Below are positions 24,101 through 36,652 of a stretch of 64,000 bases of DNA, one piece after another; position 1 is the stretch's first letter, and every line of letters begins with the position of its first letter. The position numbers were made by a program, and so were the translations under genes. The DNA comes from Podarcis bocagei (lineage: Eukaryota). The notes under the pieces were generated by a model. That model saw only the letters and a list, made by a program, of their open reading frames with translations. It had not been told where the DNA came from and ran no database searches. The stretch lies in the NCBI GenBank assembly GCA_964188305.1, contig OZ076885.1. One strand, given 5' to 3'.

Positions 24101-27100
24101 GGAAGATTTCTTGTCTTGGATTAGATGGTTTTCCTTACTAGAAGTTGCTGACAGTCTTCAGTTCTTTTTCCTTTGTGACCAGGTACGCAGAAGTGGTGGT
24201 TGCCTCTGAGAACTCCGTCCACAAACTTCTGGAGCTGCTACCAGGGAAGATTCTCAATGGAGATAAAGTGGAAGTGAAGTTGGCTACCCGGCAGAACCTT
24301 GCACAGTTTGAGGCTCAGGCTCGAAAAAGTAAGTTTAGATGGGGGTTGCGTTTGCTAAGTAGGGAACAAGGCAGAAATACAGGGCATTGGTTAGGTCGTA
24401 GAGAAACCTGAGCAGAGCTTTAAGCCAGAAACAATTTGGATGTGTGTGAATATCCAGGGAGTGTCCATGTATATTTTCTTTTTCTGTTGCTGCTGAGTGA
24501 CGCCCAAGTAGATTTTATTATCCCCTTCTATGTTGCATGATTTGAGGCACGCTTCAAACTGAATGGGCTTAAGCTATTGAAGCTGCCATAGCTAGGACCA
24601 CCCCAGCTCCTCTCTGAACCTTCTCCAGAATTTGTGCAGCCCTGAAGAGGTAAGGTGCCCTGTATTGGATGCAGTGCTCCAGCTGGGGCCTTACCTCTTG
24701 GTCATATAACTCATTTACTATTATTTATAAAACACATATCCCACCCTTTCTCCCAAAGGAGCCCAGGGTGGCAAAGGAGGACCATAATCGATGGCCCTGT
24801 TTGTCAATTTCTGTGAAAGGTATGCTGTTGAATGGACTATCTGACTTAGTAAGTGGAGAAGAGGACAGTTTCCTCTGTTGTTTGCAGAATTAATCTGGAC
24901 AGTTAGGATCCACCGTTTTGTATGATCCTGTCATAGTCTCAACTGAATATAGAGTTGCAGCCTTGTCAGCTTTAGCACAGCTGCATTTTAATGGCCTCCA
25001 TGTTGTGCCCTAGAAATTGACTGAATTTCAGTGCAGAAAGTCATGTTGGTCCTATGTCCCTTATCTCCACGGGGTGTCATGGTGCTGTGGTCCATTTCTC
25101 TGTGGTAGGAAGGTCAGTCAGTGTTGCTGAATCATAAGATGAAGCAGAGCTGCTTTTAGCCCTCATCAAGCTTTTCCCTGTGAAAAACTGCTTAAAGGGG
25201 CTTATCTTATCTTCACTAGGAGGTCGCGCTGGTGAATGGCAACGCCTGACAATAACCATGGCACGTCACCATTTTTGACAAGGCCTTCGTTAATGACTTC
25301 CACCACTTTGTGATTCCTCGCCCAAAGGGCCTGAGAAATACAAATTTGTTGTTTCTAGTAATTTTATTTACACTCTGCCTCTCTCTAGCCCCCAAAGTGG
25401 CGAACTGTAAAGCAGACAAGCCAGTACGATAAAGAAAAACACATGCACAAGTTAAACGTTTGAAGTTCTCTTTATTGCACTCTCCTATTTATCACAAAGG
25501 AAACCTAAAAGTGGCTTCCGTTCGGTGACCATGAAGTGAATTTTTAATGTAATTCAGACACGTGCTGCGTTTGAAATATGAATGTTATTAGATTATCCCA
25601 GACTTGCTGTCACCAAGTCACATGTGGTGATGGTATAACAGATTTCTGTGTCCCTAATTATTGTGTGTCATTGCAATTGTATGATCATGGTTTTTTTCTT
25701 TTGAAATGTTTCTCAGTTATATTTGCAATTAATTAATTTTGCCACATTGGGACAAGATCGCAATATGTTTCAAAATCCATCTTCTCAACATTCTCTCCAT
25801 TATTTTTTTTTAGTTCTTTTGATTATTGATTTCTTTCAATTATGTTTGAGATTCTCTATCTTGAATAAAGGTCTTAATTAAAAAAAAATAATGTATCAAA
25901 TCTCATAACATACTATAGTTGAGCTTATTGTACATTGAAATTCTAAATTAAGATGACACAGCTTTTTTTAACCTGGAGTTTTTGAAATAATATATTTTTG
26001 CTTTACGCAGACATTGTAAATCTTTGTAAATACTTCCTGTAATGCCCTTCCATATTATTGCCATCTTGGTTTGTGTCAAATAAAGTTGACTCTAAGTACA
26101 GTACTTTGGTCAGCATGGCTTGATTATTTCTCTGGGGTCAATAGCTCTTCATTGGGAAGAATAAAGGAGTCACGTTTCCAGATTTAGGAAGCTTTCTGAC
26201 TTTGAGGCCAAGCAACTGGCCTGGTGGAGCAATGGTGGATAGTATTAATTGCCTTACAGTACTTGGGTATTGTCCCCTTGTTTTTCTAACGTTGCATTTA
26301 TTAAGAATGTTGATTTCTTAATTGTAGCCAGAAGTATTCATGGCAACTGAATCTAGTTTAATTCATTAGTCAGGATCTGCTGATGTATCTAAAACTATAT
26401 TGCTCTCAGAAGGACCATAAGTTTTCTTCCATTCCACAGATAGTTGCTTATTTCAGTTGCTTATTTATGTAGGAGATGCAGTTTGTATTACAGATTAAGG
26501 TTCAGAGACTTCTCTGCATCTACATTTTGTATTCTATGAGAATGGAAATGTTGATTATTTTCTGGATGTAGTGGAAAACCCTCAGTTTGCAGTAGGTGTT
26601 CAGTAAGTAGTTCAGTGACTTAAAAGCAGCAATATGTATATAAGCCTGTTGATATTTGCCTTTATATAAAGCAACGTATCCTCATATATTGCAAGGTAGT
26701 TGATATTGGCATATTAGGTTTTAATATTTCACTTTATTGACGAATTCTACTAAAATAACCAAATGTTCTGCTGAGTGTATTCACTAAGCAGTAGGTTCCT
26801 GAGGTTATTATTTCAGGGGACGGGGGAGGAGTGGGAGTTAAGCATATCTCCCAAAATTATGGGTCTTGAGGATTCTGTATAATTGTGTAGTGTTAGAATG
26901 TTCAGTTTTCCACTCATTAGAATACTTATAATAGGAAAGGAGTAGGGATAACACTATAGCCAATTAGTGATTTTACTGAAGACCATTCTTGCATAATCCA
27001 GTGCTTGTATAGTGTTAGCTAGAATTTCAGACACATTTTACATAATTAGTTAAGAGAATTAGATCAGTGAGAAGGCCATTCATGTACAGTTTTGTGACTG

Positions 27101-29927
27101 TTGCCTGCAGTTTTCAGAGGGTAGAGCAATTGCTTTGTCTGCAGAAGTTTCCATATTTAATCCCTGGCATCGCCATGTAGGATTGGAAAGAGTCTTCTCT
27201 GAAGTCCCAGAGAGCTACTGCCACTCAGTGTAGACTATACTGAACAAGATGTGTCGATCACAGAATCAGAAGTGTAAATGTTCTGACTTGGATTAAGTCA
27301 ACATTCCAAGTTCATAGTCATCAAATGATAACCCATTTGTGGTGTTACGTTTGCACAGTGGGCTTCCATTAACACATTGAACTCTGCTCATGCAGCATCG
27401 GATACAACACTGTCTATTTTAGTTGTCACTGTACCAAAGAGTGGGTTAGTCAAATATTCCCCTTATATTCAGAATGGTTTGATTATTTTTTATGCTGTCT
27501 GTCACATTTTCGTTCTTTTCTCTTGAAGCTTCCTGATTTTGCTTTTCCTTAAATGAGAAAGTTCAATACATTTGTCTCTGATAGTATGTGATGTTATAAT
27601 CAGTTACATTAAAAATGATTTTAATATATCTCTATATATAATATAACATACTGACTATGGCTGAGATGTAAACAACATAGACACCAGTTCAGATTTCACC
27701 TTGGCTATAAGCTCAGTCACTAGGTAATATTAGGTAAGCCACACTTTTTCAGCCTAAACACCTATCTACAATCTTTGCGATAAAGACCTGTCAAGTAGGA
27801 TTATTAGCAAGTTTACTGTGCTAATACATAAAGCATTTTGAACACACTATAAGCACTATATGAATGATAAGTATTACTTGAATGCTCAGGCAAAATTTAT
27901 TTCACTGAAAGTGAACAGTGTAAAATACACTCAAGACATTCTAAGACCGTAAATGAAATGTTCTCAGTTCAGTTTGGACACACTGCTATTGTAAATTGCA
28001 ATTAAAGTTAAGCATTGATTTAGCATGTTATGCTGCCTGTCCATCTGACTCATAATCAGTGCATATTACAACTATCTCTGTCAACTCAGCACACAACACT
28101 TAAGAGAGCTCTTACAGATCTCTTGGCCAAGACTGGGAATGCCCAGTTCCAGAGCAGGAAGGTATCTCTCTAGATACCTCAACATTTGCCCAAATCAACC
28201 CAAAAATCTGTGTGCACATACCAATGAAACCCACCTTTTCTCACATGTATGAGATAAGAGTTCTGATATTTGGGCAAGGTGTTATTGTAATTCAGAGGCA
28301 TGATGGTTGACATGGGTGTACTTACTGGAAAGCGGGGAGAGGGTTATTTTGTCAGAAAACTGACCTACCCAACTACTACAGTGTTGAGCGCTTTTCCTCT
28401 TCTGTGATGTCTGACAGGGGTGCCTCCGAGGGCTCACTCAAGGGATTCCTCCGACTCAGTAGATGGCCGAGCCACTCCGACAGAGAATGCTGTGCCGCCG
28501 CCACGCATTGAGAAGCCTCCTGTGTTGCCTTTCTTCAACCGCCCTCCTTCTGCGCTTCCTCTCATGGGGCTGCCACCTCCACCCATACCACCCCCTCCTC
28601 TTTCCTCAAGCTTTGGGGTTCCCCCTCCCCCTCCAGGAATCCACTACCAACACCTCATGCCCCCTCCCCCTCGACTTCCTCCACACCTCACTGTGCCACC
28701 TCCTGGGGCCGTGCCACCTGCGCTGCACCTCAACCCAGCCTTCTTCCCCCCACCCAATGCAGCAATGGGGCCCCCGCCAGACACCTATCACAAGACCTCT
28801 GCAGCATACAACCACAGCAGGTGAGAGCAAGCCCATTCCCGGGAATCTGAGAAGAAAAAAATCAAAACTAAGCAGTGCAAAGAACAGTAGCTAAGCCTCT
28901 TGTTTAGCAAGGGCTCAGTTATTTTGTTTTTATGCAAAGAGTGATGGTTCAACTAGACATGAAACCACCTTCTCGTTGGTGGTAGAAAATGCCTCGCATA
29001 GCTCTAGGGCACGACAGCTGACAACTTGGTTCTTGAAGGATGCTACTTAATACCTGCTTTGGGGAGGGGGGCAGTACCTGGTCAACCACACATTGCTGTT
29101 TTGAAAGGCCTTGAATTGCCATGTCTATGAATAAGGAACTGTGTCATAGTTCTGCTTGAAGCTGTTTATCCTCTGTGTGTGTTTGTGTACTACAGCAGGG
29201 AACTGGGCCCATTGCCGCCTCCTGTCAGTGAAGCTGAATTTGAGGATATCATGAACAGGAATCGAGCAATTTCCAGCAGTGCCATTTCCAAAGCTGTGTC
29301 TGGTGCCAGTGCAGGTAACCAGAGCTGGCTTTTGCTACCTCTTGCCATTTCTCGCTCCTGGCCTCATTCTTACCATGCCGCCTTTGCTCTGTTATATTGC
29401 AGGGGACTACAGCGATGCCATTGAGACCCTGCTCACAGCCATCGCTGTGATTAAACAGTCACGTGTCGCAAATGATGAGCGGTGTAGAGTCCTTATCTCT
29501 TCACTCAAGGATTGTCTTCATGGCATTGAAGCCAAGTCTTACAGCATGGGCACCAGCAGCAGCTCTTCCAGGTGAGCTTCAGGCACAGTTATTGCCAAGT
29601 CATCCAGCTACTGTCGCTCATGTTGCTGATGGGCGAGTCTCAGTTGTGCTCTGGTCCCCTTCCTGGGCTTTGTACAGCCAGGTAGGAATAAGTGCTTTTG
29701 GTAGGGGAAAGGGTCTTGTTACAGCTTGCCAGTAACTAGATACCTCATTGTTTTCCAGAAAACGGCACCGGTCTCGGGATAGATCACCCAGTCGGTCTCG
29801 TGAGAGCAGTAGGAGGCACCGAGACATCGTCCATAATGAAGATCGGCATGAGGACTATTTCCAGGAAAGAAGCCGGGAGCATGAGCGACATAGAGACAGG
29901 GACAGAGAAAGAGACCGACATCACTGA
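11926..29927 (+). CDS. CPSF7: Cleavage and polyadenylation specificity factor 7 (CFIm59), 8 coding exons, about 460 aa
   Basis: Exons 11926-11979 ([18 protein letters not shown]), 21624-21842, 22784-22887, 24183-24328 (RRM), 28418-28820 (Pro-rich), 29196-29314, 29403-29571, 29759-29927 (RS/RE-rich, ends RDRHH*). Phases consistent, 1383 nt. A noncoding upstream exon probably ends near 11510 (GTGAGC donor); acceptor at 11868. Confidence 0.96.
18030..18367 (-). mobile_element. Bov-B/RTE LINE, 5'-truncated 3' end
   Basis: Translates as [11 protein letters not shown]...[33 protein letters not shown]..., the RTE C-terminus. TSD TGGAAGTACT at 18020-18029 and 18368-18377. Confidence 0.9.
20345..20554. 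mobile_element. Penelope-like element end with a 67-bp perfect inverted repeat
   Basis: 20345-20411 is the exact reverse complement of 20474-20540; contains a CTGAAGA...GAAAC hammerhead-type core; abuts the assembly gap. Confidence 0.65.
20555..20735. other. Assembly gap (181 N)
   Basis: Run of n characters. Confidence 1.
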
Positions 29928-30405
29928 GAGAAGTGAGAGATGTTTCCAGGTTGCTTTACCTTTCCCATCCCCTCCAGACCCACCCAGTGTATTTTCCTTT
30001 CCAAAAAAAGTGCCTTCTCTTCAAGTTGAGTATCATCCCTCTTGTAGATGCTGGCTAGGTAAGGTTGATTTCCCTTATGCTCTGGAAGACTTTCCATGGC
30101 ATAATCTCACACTTCCCTCCAGTGAGTGGACTGGTCATGCATGGATCTTAAGCTACCAGGGCAAATACATATTGTATTGTGTTCTCCATGCAGTATGTTC
30201 TGCTAGGTAAGATTTTTCAAAAATAAGGGAGTTGTCTGCTCCCTGATTGGCTTGCACTTTGAGTGCATGCTTGAGCTGTTTATTTTCTAACTTAGTAGAT
30301 TTTTAGTATATTCAGCTGGGCTCTGAATAACTGTGTGTCTCAGGCTAACTATGCAATTTTGTTAGGGTACTTTTCCTTATTCCTTGAACTGTGACCAGTG
30401 GATTG

Positions 30406-31181
30406 CCATATTTTTCGCTCCATAAGATGCACTTTTTTCTTCCTAAAAAGTAAGGGAAGATGTCTGTGGTCCCTGGAGCCGAATTGCCCAAGGGCGAAAA
30501 GCAGATCATGCTTTTTTTTTTTTTTTTTTTTGAAAGAGGGAAGTGGGTGTTAAAACAAAGCCGCTGATCAGCAACCGATCAGGAGGGAGATGAGGGACGC
30601 TAGCAATAAAGGAGGCTGTCTGGGAGGGGGGAGGTAAAGACAGCGAACTTGGAAGGAGAGGAGACAGGAAGACTAAAGCACTGAGGAGAGAAATTAGAAG
30701 AAAAGGATAAGCAAAAAACTGCTCCAGCTAAGGAAGACACTAAGGCAAACAAGAGGGAAGGGAGTGTTGAAAGGAAGCAGCTGATTGGCAAGCGATCGGG
30801 AGGGAGATAAGGGACGCTAGTGATAAAGGAGGCTGCCTGGGAGGAGGGGGGTAAAAGCCCATGGATCCTCAGGATTTTTGCATTGGGTCACCCGAAATCA
30901 CATCAGATCACATAGCATGTCCATGGCTACAGCCTGCACCAAATAAAATCCCGCACCCACTGTTGCGTGGGGCCGCAATGGCGCAAAAATGTGGTTACAA
31001 AGCACAGGTCCACATGGATCCTCAGGATTTTTGCTTTGGGTCACCCCAAACTCGCCGTCAAATCACACGTCTGTGGCCACAGCATGAACCACAAAAATCA
31101 TACATCCACTGTTTCATTCAGAATATTTTTTTTCTTGTTTTCCTCTAAAAACTAGGTGCGTCTTATGGAGCAAAACTACGA
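30406..31181. mobile_element. Non-autonomous mariner/Tigger-like DNA transposon with internal direct repeats
   Basis: Imperfect TIRs tatttttcgctccataagatgcac / gtgcgtcttatggagcaaaacta; internal duplicated blocks at about 30575/30793 and 30860/31013. Confidence 0.75.
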
Positions 31182-32269
31182 TGTTTCTGTAGGTTAGAAT
31201 CAGATGCCCTGGTAAATGTGTCAAGAGCCCAGTCTATATATTGCAATAAGTCCTGGTTACTGTGAACTAGTAGCATGCTAATGCAAACTGCTCAGTAGCT
31301 GCCAGTTTGCTGCTGCCCTGCCATGAATGACAGCAATAATCTGATCAAGACACAATCCGCAATCCAAAGTTTGTTCTTGACTTACCGACCATTGTTCAAG
31401 AGAAACAAGCTGTGATTCCAATGTGCATGTTAATGACAAGCCAATCTCCATGGCTTATTGCTCCCATCCATGCCATGGGAAAGTGTGAGTGCTTGGGCAG
31501 TTTTGTTTTTAAGTTTGTGCAGAAAGCTACTTTTGCCCTTCCTGACTGTGTTGATTGTGTCTGAGGCTGTACCTCTGCAAGCATTAAATTCAGATTCGGT
31601 CATCATTAGTGTGTTTGATTTATGGAATCCCTGATGAGCCCAGCTATGATTCACAGACGTAACTATCTCTTTGAAGAGTTTTTACCATCTCTGTGTTAAT
31701 GTTTGCTGGTCTTGTTTGCCTCTTTGTAAAGCAAACCAATAAACCCAACAACAAATCCAGCTGACTTATATTACTTTGAATTCTCAGACCTAGCATAAGG
31801 GAGAGAAATTGCAAAAAAAAAAGAGTTCAGATCTTTTATTTCAAGAGGAGCATCACAGACTAGTATTGGTAGAATAACTTCTCTAACTTGAAAATTAGCC
31901 AATTTTTTCCAATGGCAATCTGCCTTGGGTGCCCTGGAATAAAAAGTGGGGTGGAAACTACAAAAATAAGTAAAACATAGCCTTGCAATCTCACCACCCT
32001 CTTTGCTTTATGAATGTGACTAGCACCTAAGGTGGCGATGAGTCTGACTTGAGAGTAAGTTTTATTCAGTGGGTAAAGTGCTGAGTCTAGTCCAGTTCAA
32101 CCATGAGCTAAGACAACCCTGTAGCTTTGGTTCCCTATTGCATGTGGAAATAACTGTGACTTCCCCATGGAGTTACAGTCCAGGGTTAATGAACAAAATT
32201 CTCAACAAACCTCTTTGAAAGTGCTATAGAACTTACTGGCGTTGCCAATTTTGTTTTGTCTCTTTCTAG

Positions 32270-34250
32270 GAGCGTGGGAAGCATTCAGTGTTTTTATGGA
32301 CTCTGATCTCCTCTCCTTAATCAAGACTAAAATATGGAGGCTTCTCCACCCCCTCCTTCCCACTGCCCTCTGCTCTTTCCGGACCCCTTGGAAGGGACTT
32401 TGCCTGCAGAACTCCATCTGGCACACCATGGTATTGGGACCTGAGCTCTGCCTGTGTGCTGTCGCTGCTGCTTGATGGAGAAGCACTGAATGACTTGGAG
32501 GGTGGGAGGGGTTGGTTGTCTGAGCCACCGTGACCAGGGGGCCACTTCAATCCATGGATTCTTGGACCCAAAGAGAATGGTGCTTTCCACAGAGGTCTCT
32601 CGCCTCTTTCCTTTCCGTGGCTTTTTTAGGAGCACTGGGGAAGGAGCCCATCCAGCTCGTCTCCTGCAAGAAAAACTGGTGCTTCAGCACAGTATGAGAT
32701 GTCTGACCCTATTCTCCCCGGAACTCGTGTCCACGGGCCACATTGCATTGTTTTCTTAGGCATCGAGGCATCCATTCCTCCTTAAATCTGATCCTTTTCC
32801 CCAAGCAGCTTCAGTCTCGCCCTCCAGCACCGTTGTACACAGCTTAGAAAACAGTATTTCCCTGCTAGGATGGAAGGCAGGCTGGCTGCTTCTTCGGGTC
32901 ACCCCTCTTCTCCCTTCCTCCTTTAGTTGCGGGAAAATGTCACCTTTCTACCTGGCTTCTTCTAGAGGGGCCTGCGTTGGTCAACCGGCTCGCAACGTTG
33001 AATCTCCCTTAAAAAATAGATCTGGCTACTGCAGGTCCGCTTTCCACTGATTTGCTAACCATTTTTCCTCGCTTTGTTTCATGCAATAGCTGCTCCAGTT
33101 GTAACTTCTGATGTAAACCTTTGTTTCTGGGGCCAGCCCCTCCCAGATTGCCGCCTTCCTTGTTGTAGAGGAAGTGCTGTGAACGGAGACCATAGAATGG
33201 AAAGGGGCAAAGTCAAGCTGGGGCTACCTGGAAGTTACCGAATGCAGCACACCCTAAGCATTTTTAAAATTCTATGTGATGTACTTGTTGAACATGTTGA
33301 TTTAAGGTCCAGAGCTTTCCTTGGCCCCTGCCTCCTTTTAAAAGGAATTCCTTTTTGGAGTGGTTCACTCATGAGTTTGCTTCAGATAGCACCATACCTC
33401 ACTGATCTCTGGCATGCCAGTCTAGGGAGACGATTAGAGACAGTCGGAGGCGTCTCTTCACACCACCATTTTTAGCTGTGTTATGTAATCGTAAGTAGGG
33501 TTTCTGGAGCCATTCTAGTCACCAGGCAGCCCTTTGAGACCAGTTGCAGCAAAAACCTGCGTGTTTGGAGCATTATGGGACAAAAGCACCTGCAGAGTTC
33601 TTGATTAAGCTCTCATCTTTGAGTTGCAACCCTACGGGTGTTCATTTTCAGCTTTCATTGCTCCATCCTAGCCTGAGCACCCAGTTACTTAAAATCAAGG
33701 TAACACATTACACCCTGGAATATGCAGTCTCCAGCAACTGGATCTCGGTAGTGAGGCCAAGCATCTGTTGTGTTCACGAACACTTAATGTGATTGTTCAG
33801 CTGCATGGTGAAGCCTCCCTTGTAGAAGGACCCTGTTTTGTCTCACGGAACAATGTTGTGGCCTAAGGCGGAGGGGGTGGTGTCTGGCAAAGGATGTTCT
33901 TGTGTGATGTGGCACCTCCTTTTGTACTGTTGATCACAGAGGTGCTCAGCTCTAAATGTGGTTTTTTAAAAAATAAAACGGGGAAAGTTGTGTAAGCAAT
34001 GGAGTGACAACTTAAACTGTAAAATATATTAAAAATTGATTATTGGAAAAGTTGCTTTTTACATAATGGACATTTTTAGTTTGTTTTGAAATAATGGAAG
34101 AAAGAAAAGAAAGAAATGAAACAACAGAAACATAGCCTTGGTTCCTCTCAAACTCACCCCTGTTCTTCGTGATTTGATTTGTTTGTCTTTTTCTGATAGG
34201 TTGGAAATTGTGTAATAAACTTGATGATATTGTCAATCTTTTATACTGCA
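32270..34250 (+). other. CPSF7: CPSF7 terminal noncoding 3' UTR exon
   Basis: Donor GTGAGA at 29933, 5 nt after the stop; pyrimidine-rich acceptor tttgtctctttctag ending 32269; AATAAA at 33973 and 34214. The 3' end coordinate is approximate. Confidence 0.7.
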
Positions 34251-35174
34251 TTGTATGGCTTCTTTTCATTTTGTAACTATTTTGAATGCTGGGTGAGCTG
34301 TTTTCTAGAATCTCTGCTGAATATGAGCGGGGGGCAGGGGGGAGACCTTGATATGGAAAAGAGGGTGGATAGATAAGACAGGTGCCATATTTTGGCTGGG
34401 TAGTAGCCCTTGTTCAGCCATGGTTTTATGTATTGCTAAACTAGTTCCAAACCCACTATGTACACATATTAACATGATTTTTTTAAAGCTTCTATCTCTC
34501 AGTCATCTCCATTTAAAGGGGAGTGTCTGGTAGCAAGCCAAGGAAAGATTTGAGACCCTTGAGAATTTCTGCCAGTGTGAAATCAGTACACTGAATGAAG
34601 ATTCGATGCTCAGCATCATTTTAAGTAGCTCCTTTAAAAAATATTTGCTCTGGAAAACATGAACAGAAATCACAGGTTTCATAAAAAGGCATAAGCATTA
34701 TGCTGAACAGAGATGGGGAAATGAAGCCATGATGGAAACAGATGAAACTCAAACACTTTGAAAGGGGATTGTGCCTTTCACGTGAAGGAAGGCAAGGATG
34801 CAAGGAAATATAATAGCATATAAGGGCTTTCTATGGCAGGAAAAGGTTCAGTTACAAGAATATTGTCCTGATTGCTAGTGGTATTCAGTGAAATGTTTCT
34901 GGGGATCATAGGCTTGCACAGATGGCTTGTGTTTCACCTTCCTGAAGGTTTGTCATAAAAGGGCATTTGCCTGTGACTGGCGGATGAGGTGGTAGTACTT
35001 TCAGAATGCAGCTTGAGTGGTGAACAGTCTGTGGGAGGGGCTTAATGCTGAGTGGGTGGGTTTACCTGGTTGCTAGGTGATGATTGTGATCTAAGGGACC
35101 AGGATTAATCTAAAGTGAGCCCAGATAACTGGTCTGATGAATGGGTACCATTCAAGTCTCTTGTCATTCTCACC

Positions 35175-36604
35175 ATGACATACTCACTAGAATTTGGCCT
35201 TGTTAATGCGGCCAACCGGTACCTGACTGCTGAACCTTTCCGTTTCCAGGTGGCAGCCACAGGCAAGCAACTGAAGCCTCGCCAGTTGTGGGTACTGCAG
35301 TTTGTGAGCCCACAGGGAGCTGGGGCAGCTGGCCCAGGAGAAGGGGCTGGCCAAAAGCTTCACCTGATCAGTGCACTGAAACGCTACTTGGCGGCTGACG
35401 CAAATGGAAAAGTCACCTGTGACCAGGACAAACCAGGGCCTCAGACCTTCTTTCTCTTGCATCAATATCCAGACGGCAAGGTGCTGTCTCTCACCCAGGC
35501 ACAAGCATCCTATCTCTCAAGTGTAGCTTATGTTCGATATTATCGGGCTGGAATTCTGGACAAAGAGGGTTGGTTGGGTGGGTGAGACGGAGGGCAGAAG
35601 GTAGGAAAACAATGCTGAAAGTTGCCTCAATAGGGCCTCAAAACTATTCCACTATTGCCCAAATGTGGGCCTCTTGTTTTGCTTACAAATGTTTTTTACA
35701 ATTAAGAGGCAGAAATGAGGGCAGGGTTGAGCTCGATTTGCAGACTAGTTTGCTGTGGTGAGAAGCAGGGTCTTTTCTAGATTCTTACGGGTAAGTCCAG
35801 GCAGCAGATTCCTGCACTCCAGTGCTGTAAAGTGCATCAGGAAGAGTGCAAAATGTCCCTGGACTCTCTCCCCACTCCCCAATGGTCTCCTTGGGAAGCT
35901 CTTTGCCCCGTGGCCAAACAGTATGATAGCCACTATGGGCTGAAGGGGAGAGAATGTGTCTGACTAGCTTATTTGAGTCCCTGTGCTAAGAGTTGCCGGG
36001 TGTATCCTTCAAGGTGCCCTAGCCACTTCCCATCCACAACTGGAAACAACTGTTGCACAATGGAATTTGGGTGATCATGGCAACTCCATAAGCCCAAAGG
36101 TGTAACGTAATTGGTGTAATGATACCTGAATTTTATTCTGCCATGTTCTTTGCTCATTGAGAGTATTCCTGCTTTTCTTGTCTTGGGCAATGTAGCTGAC
36201 CAGACATCCTTCCCTCCCTGCAGGTGTCCTTGCAAAATGAACAGTCCAAGCGCTACCTGGGTGGAGCAGAGGAGAACGTCACTTGCTTTGCCCAGGCTGC
36301 CACCGAAACTGAAAAATGGACCCTCCACCTGGCTGTCCACCCCAATGTTGCCATGTACAACCCCAACAGGAAGCGTTATGTGCGGTGTGATGATAAAACT
36401 GGGGTGCTGCGCTGTGACCGTGACATGCCCTGGGGGGCTGAATCAGTCATCACTATCTACTATGATTTCAGAGGTGGGTGGTGGCATTTTCCTATTTTGT
36501 TTTCAATTGATATGTGCATTTTTCTCTCTAATACTGTAACACACACCTCCCCCCCCCCTTTGTTGGGGGAGCGTGTTAAAGAAGCAAAACATTCTGCTGT
36601 AGGG

Positions 36605-36652
<48 letters not shown>

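Noticed and set aside
30575-31060. Spaced direct repeats
   Set aside because: Two-copy internal duplications of a DNA transposon; not an array or CRISPR-like structure.
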